Positions 60,451 through 64,000 of a stretch of 64,000 nucleotides of DNA are shown piece by piece. The position numbers were made by a program, and so were the translations under genes. Origin of the DNA: an uncultured Eubacteriales bacterium (GTDB taxonomy: Bacteria; Bacillota; Clostridia; Christensenellales; CAG-138); assembly GCA_900544965.1 (NCBI GenBank), contig UQXE01000006.1, positions 4,740 to 68,739 on the forward strand, in the 5' to 3' direction. Position 1 is the first letter of the stretch. Every line of letters begins with the position of its first letter. The notes beneath the pieces were generated by a model. That model did not search any database and had not been told where the DNA came from. It was given only the letters and a program-made list of their open reading frames with translations.

Positions 60451-60819
60451 GCCGGCGTTTAGGGAGAAAACAGGACAGCGCTTCTTGGTTGAGGATGTTT
60501 TCCCCGTTACGAAGCAGCTGCTGCGCCCGTCAGTCCGTGGGCCAGCGCAAACCGCGGGCGTACGATGCGCATCCATTATGGCATGCCGCCCCACGGCGGC
60601 TTAACACCGGAGCTTCAGTTCAGTTGCGAAGCGGATTCGGCACGCATCCTTTACGGCGGTGCGGGCGATGCTGGCCTTGTCTAGCTTGCGTCAGGGGAAT
60701 TTGCCCCGGATGGGCTCTTCCGCCCGCATACCTATGCGCTCACTCCCACACCTTACGGAGTTATGTGTGAGGCATGCGATTATGCCAGACTGATGGCGTT
60801 TCGCATGTTCTGATCTTGA

Positions 60820-63800
60820 TCATCTGCCCTTTTCCAAATGCTTGCATACCGTCCCCACATAGGGAATGTTCTTCCAAAGGTCGTAATCGCCGATCACACC
60901 CAGGCGGTATTTCGCTCGCGAAACCGCAACGTTTATGATGTTGGGCTTCTGCCCGACCCATTGGGCTGCGCCCTTTCCGCTTTGCCCATCGCAGCCGAGC
61001 ACCAACAGCACCTCGTTCGCTTCCTTGCCCTGGAAGGTATGGATCGTTCCACAGCTTTCCTTGAGCCAGGCCCGGATTTCTTCCAGTTCCAACTCCGGTA
61101 ACGCCTTATGGAGCGCCGGATAGAGCGCATCCTGCAAAGCCCGGTTCACCGTGGTAAAAGGCGTAATGAGATAGAGCTTTGGCAACCCTTCATATACCGC
61201 AGCCGCCTTGCTCACCAGTTGGGCCGCCGCGTCGATCTGCTCCGGCACTGAATGGTTTTTGTTGCCCCTCTCCGTCCCCTTTACATCCAGCCAAATGGAT
61301 TGGGGAAACAGGAATCGTTTTCCGCCGGGCTCGGCGGTTTTCTGGAACATCCTGCCGTTGTAGGCGACCTCGTTGGAGATTGCGAACATCGGGTTGAGGC
61401 AGCGACGGTGAACCACAAGCGGACAACCCAGCCACAGCTCTTCCCCGTTCAGCATCCGGACGCCGCCATAGCGATTGCATCGGTCGGCCAACACCTGGAC
61501 GGACAGGTCCGGCAGGCGGTAAGGCTCAGGGATCCCGTTTTCATCAGCAAAGCGCTTGCGCAGCTCCACTGGGATGGTCACGATCGGCTCCACCTGCAGC
61601 GGATCGCCGACGACGATAGCACTCCGCGTCCGCCACAGTGCGCCCAAAGCACTCTGCGGGGTTGCCTGACCCGATTCGTCGACCACGAGGAGCCCGAATT
61701 CCTCTGCCTGCACCCCGCCGAGGAAGGATTGCACGGACGCGAATGTCGTCGATATGACCGGCACGATCAAAAGAAGCGTGTTGAGCAAATCGGCATAGGC
61801 CGCACGGCAATCCTCCTTATCCGTGAATTTGCCATCCCACATGGCGAAAAGCCGCCACAGGTTTTGCTTAACGCAGTTGCTCGAAAGTGTAAACGCCTTG
61901 TGCAGCATCAGTGCCTGGTAAAACAGTTCCTCCCGCGCTCTGTCGAATCCAGCGCACGTCCAGGGGCAGGCCGTCTGCGAAGGCTCGTTTGCGCTGATGT
62001 TTTTCCAGAACGCCGCGTCCGCCCAGTTGCCGCCAAACCGTGCCCGCTCGGGTTCCACTGCCGCGTTTGCATCCGCAAGTTTCGCCTCCGCCTGCAGGAG
62101 GGTTTCCTGCGCGGAACGCGCGGCATCCTCCTGCTCATGGCGGGCGCTTTTGAGTCGCGTCACCTGGATGAGCGTCTCCTGCACAGCCTGCTCCGTCTCC
62201 AGCCATTTCTTTACCATAGGATCCTTCCGATACCGGAGGATGCGTTTGAGGAAAGGGACGGCGCTTTTGAGCAGGGCAGCGTTTTCCCGCTGGAGCGCAA
62301 GCCTGCGTTCCGCTTCCGTCTGCGCGTTTTGGCTTTCCGCCAGGCGCGCTTGTTCTTTGCAGGCTGCCAGTAACGCTTCTTTTCCGGCCTCAGCCGCGTC
62401 CTCCTGCTGTGCCAGCAAGGCCTGCGCCTGTGCGATTTTTTCCTGCTCGTCCCTTACGGCCTGCAACGCCTTGGCAAAGCGTTCGCGCGCCGCGTTCCAA
62501 TCCACGGTTTCCTCCGCATAATGGCACCGGAGCGTGGCGCCCTCCTTCGCCCACCAGAGGCGGTCCTTGAGCGCCTTCAAGTGCCCCTTTTTCCCGAGTT
62601 TGGCGGAAATGAGGCCCCAAGCCGGTTCCCCCAGAAGCTCGGTAGCTACGTCCGCAAAGTATGTTTCCTCCATCGTTTGCCGCCCCGCGCCGGAAAACCG
62701 ACCGGTCCGGTCCTCCTGGATCGCCTTGGGCAGCTCCATTGATATGTTCTCCACCGCCGCGTTGTTGTTGGAAGCCACAAGGATTCCATATGCGGAAAGG
62801 TCTTGGTTCAGCTTATAATAGCTCTGGTTATATTGATCTGGCGGCGCCTGGAACGCTTGCTTGCGGAATGCGTCGTCCGGAGCAGCATACTCCGCCATCC
62901 GGATTGCCCGCTCCACCACATTGGAAGCGATGATTTCCTTTAAAAGCGTGGTCTTTCCAGTGCCTGGCGGGCCGTTGACAGAGAATATCCTCTGCTCGCC
63001 GGAAACAGCAAGGTTGATGCCCAGCTGCTGCATCAGGCTTGGGCTGTATCGGGATGGCCACGCACCGAGCGGGAACGCATCCGCGCGAAGCCAGCGCCGC
63101 ATTTGCTCCGTATCGGTATCGATCTGCACCCGTTCCGCTTTCGGAACCGGCTCAACCATAGCCTGAACGTAGACCGAAACCGTTTTCGTCGGCGCCTTGC
63201 GGATCGCCTCCATATCCTTTAGATAAAAGCTCTGCAAGAGCTCTGTCGAAGGGTCCAGCGGCGGGAATTCACCCTTCTTGTTGGCGTGCTGCTTCTTTTC
63301 GCGCGCCCAGAGCGCGGACTTAAGCAGTCCGTCCGCCACGCCGAGGCCTCCGCAAACCTCGCCGAACAGCACAAGTAGCTTTTCTTTGGAAAACGCCGGC
63401 TCGCACGCTTCCTTCTGCCGCTGTAACAGGGCGTCGTTCCAAGCGTGCTGCAGCTTTTCCAGTTCCGCCGCGTCCAACTTTGCGGATATTGAACCCTCCC
63501 GGACGAGCGTGCAGGCGGCCCAGGCGAAACTTGATATGGCAAACGAATTCGCTATATACTGCCCGTTTTCATTGAGCTTCATCGCGCAGAGGCAAGTCGC
63601 CGAATTTTCGGCTTCGATGGCGCTTTCCTCCGCGTCCAGGCGCAGCGCTTCTAGCATCCAGCCGATCAAATCACGCGTTTTGCCCCAACCGAGATACACG
63701 TCATAGGCTGTGCGGACCAGCGGGTTGTTATTGGTTTGCGCCCAGGGTTCGCCATGTGTTGTAAGATTCACATCCTGCTTCGGTTCAACCGGCCAACAGG

Positions 63801-63849
63801 GGTTGAAGAATTCCTGTTCGTACCAATAGTTCAGGATTCGGTCGCGCAT
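60820..63849 (-). CDS. Upf1/DNA2-like SF1 helicase (AAA_11/AAA_12-type) with an unknown N-terminal domain and a coiled-coil insertion
   Basis: Start refined to ATG 63849 (GGAGGTGAT 5 nt upstream); the ORF track extends it to 63990. Motifs, in ORF-track numbering: Walker A 'NGPPGTGKTT' (nt 62947-62973), Ia 'VASNNNAAVENI', II 'LLVVDESGQA' (61663-61692), III 'VVGDPLQ', V 'TIHTFQGKE', VI 'NVAVSRAK'. Confidence 0.85.
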   Translation of the reverse strand: MRDRILNYWYEQEFFNPCWPVEPKQDVNLTTHGEPWAQTNNNPLVRTAYDVYLGWGKTRDLIGWMLEALRLDAEESAIEAENSATCLCAMKLNENGQYIANSFAISSFAWAACTLVREGSISAKLDAAELEKLQHAWNDALLQRQKEACEPAFSKEKLLVLFGEVCGGLGVADGLLKSALWAREKKQHANKKGEFPPLDPSTELLQSFYLKDMEAIRKAPTKTVSVYVQAMVEPVPKAERVQIDTDTEQMRRWLRADAFPLGAWPSRYSPSLMQQLGINLAVSGEQRIFSVNGPPGTGKTTLLKEIIASNVVERAIRMAEYAAPDDAFRKQAFQAPPDQYNQSYYKLNQDLSAYGILVASNNNAAVENISMELPKAIQEDRTGRFSGAGRQTMEETYFADVATELLGEPAWGLISAKLGKKGHLKALKDRLWWAKEGATLRCHYAEETVDWNAARERFAKALQAVRDEQEKIAQAQALLAQQEDAAEAGKEALLAACKEQARLAESQNAQTEAERRLALQRENAALLKSAVPFLKRILRYRKDPMVKKWLETEQAVQETLIQVTRLKSARHEQEDAARSAQETLLQAEAKLADANAAVEPERARFGGNWADAAFWKNISANEPSQTACPWTCAGFDRAREELFYQALMLHKAFTLSSNCVKQNLWRLFAMWDGKFTDKEDCRAAYADLLNTLLLIVPVISTTFASVQSFLGGVQAEEFGLLVVDESGQATPQSALGALWRTRSAIVVGDPLQVEPIVTIPVELRKRFADENGIPEPYRLPDLSVQVLADRCNRYGGVRMLNGEELWLGCPLVVHRRCLNPMFAISNEVAYNGRMFQKTAEPGGKRFLFPQSIWLDVKGTERGNKNHSVPEQIDAAAQLVSKAAAVYEGLPKLYLITPFTTVNRALQDALYPALHKALPELELEEIRAWLKESCGTIHTFQGKEANEVLLVLGCDGQSGKGAAQWVGQKPNIINVAVSRAKYRLGVIGDYDLWKNIPYVGTVCKHLEKGR

Positions 63850-63892
63850 CCAGATCACCTCCGTGTGTATGATCGCAAGCTTATTTTTCCAT

Positions 63893-63901
63893 ATTATATC
63901 A
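63893..63901 (-). promoter_or_regulatory. Extended -10 promoter element for the helicase gene
   Basis: Minus-strand TGATATAAT, about 45 nt upstream of the refined ATG. It lies inside the spurious 5' extension of the ORF-track call. Confidence 0.5.
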
Positions 63902-64000
63902 GATATTCGCGCAAGCTGCGATCCATTTTGCCATTCCCTGCGGTGTGCAAAAATCTGCGCCGGCCGTTTCGCTTGCCCGAACGGATCCACTTTGCCATAG

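Larger units (their letters stand above)
60460..64000. other. Compositionally foreign GC-rich segment (probable horizontally acquired DNA; right boundary outside the window)
   Basis: Hand counts of G+C per 60-nt line: 21/60 at 60241-60300, against 35/60 at 60481-60540 and 42/60 at 60541-60600. The high GC persists to the window end. Confidence 0.7.

Noticed and set aside
60838-63706. Many 60-370-aa ORFs on both strands inside the helicase gene (for example 61252-62373(+), 373 aa).
   Set aside because: Typical stop-poor shadow frames of GC-rich DNA, with Arg/Pro/Ala-rich nonsense translations. The helicase frame alone carries an ordered motif set.
63850-63990. 47-codon 5' extension of the helicase ORF (MDPFGQAKRP...).
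   Set aside because: The extension contains the TGATATAAT promoter element, and a strong RBS sits directly before the internal ATG at 63849. It is therefore most likely untranslated leader.

Overview
This 64-kb window looks like a low-to-moderate-GC Firmicutes (Clostridia-type) chromosome segment. All calls rest on reading the ORF translations and the DNA by eye; no searches were run.

Most of it is recognisable housekeeping in conserved gene orders:
- a stand-alone dnaN
- a WalRK-like two-component operon carrying two GerMN-like lipoproteins
- copZ-mnmA-copA
- ftsK-rimO-pgsA-cinA-recA-rny
- a dipeptidase, then a Xer-type recombinase, rnhA and a small Cys-rich protein lying divergent from lexA
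- a long minus-strand block: two unknown envelope proteins, miaB, mutS, mutL, miaA, hfq and a ynbB-like gene
- a four-subunit 2-oxoacid:ferredoxin oxidoreductase
- cdaA-cdaR plus two conserved unknowns
- the classic def-fmt-rsmB-rlmN-stp-prkC-rsgA-rpe cluster, preceded by a second OmpR-type two-component system

No CRISPR array, rRNA gene or intact transposase/IS element was seen.

The parts that housekeeping does not explain:
1. 11.7-14.9 kb: a ~1,070-aa protein made of four tandem ~90-aa modules plus a DUF3825-like C-terminal domain that appears to hold a fifth copy of the module.
2. 35.8-37.6 kb: a membrane protein with about eight 20-aa Arg-Phe/Tyr repeats, paired with a beta-helix-like lipoprotein at the head of the miaB-mutSL-miaA-hfq block.
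3. A shared SOS box (AACAAATGTT core) at recA and in the lexA divergent region. There it may control a Cys-rich small protein, rnhA and the recombinase.
4. 56-60.5 kb: an AT-rich decayed accessory patch. It holds an orphan P-loop protein, a GH25 lysozyme fragment, a lone tRNA-Ala(GGC), a holin-like gene with an NlpC/P60 hydrolase, and a Y-family polymerase fragment.
5. From ~60.46 kb to the right edge: an abrupt switch to GC-rich foreign DNA. It encodes a single ~1,009-aa Upf1/DNA2-like SF1 helicase with its own promoter, an unknown ~290-aa N-terminal domain and a ~150-aa coiled-coil insertion.

My best candidates for something undescribed are items 5 and 1. Neither can be assigned a function from the sequence alone.
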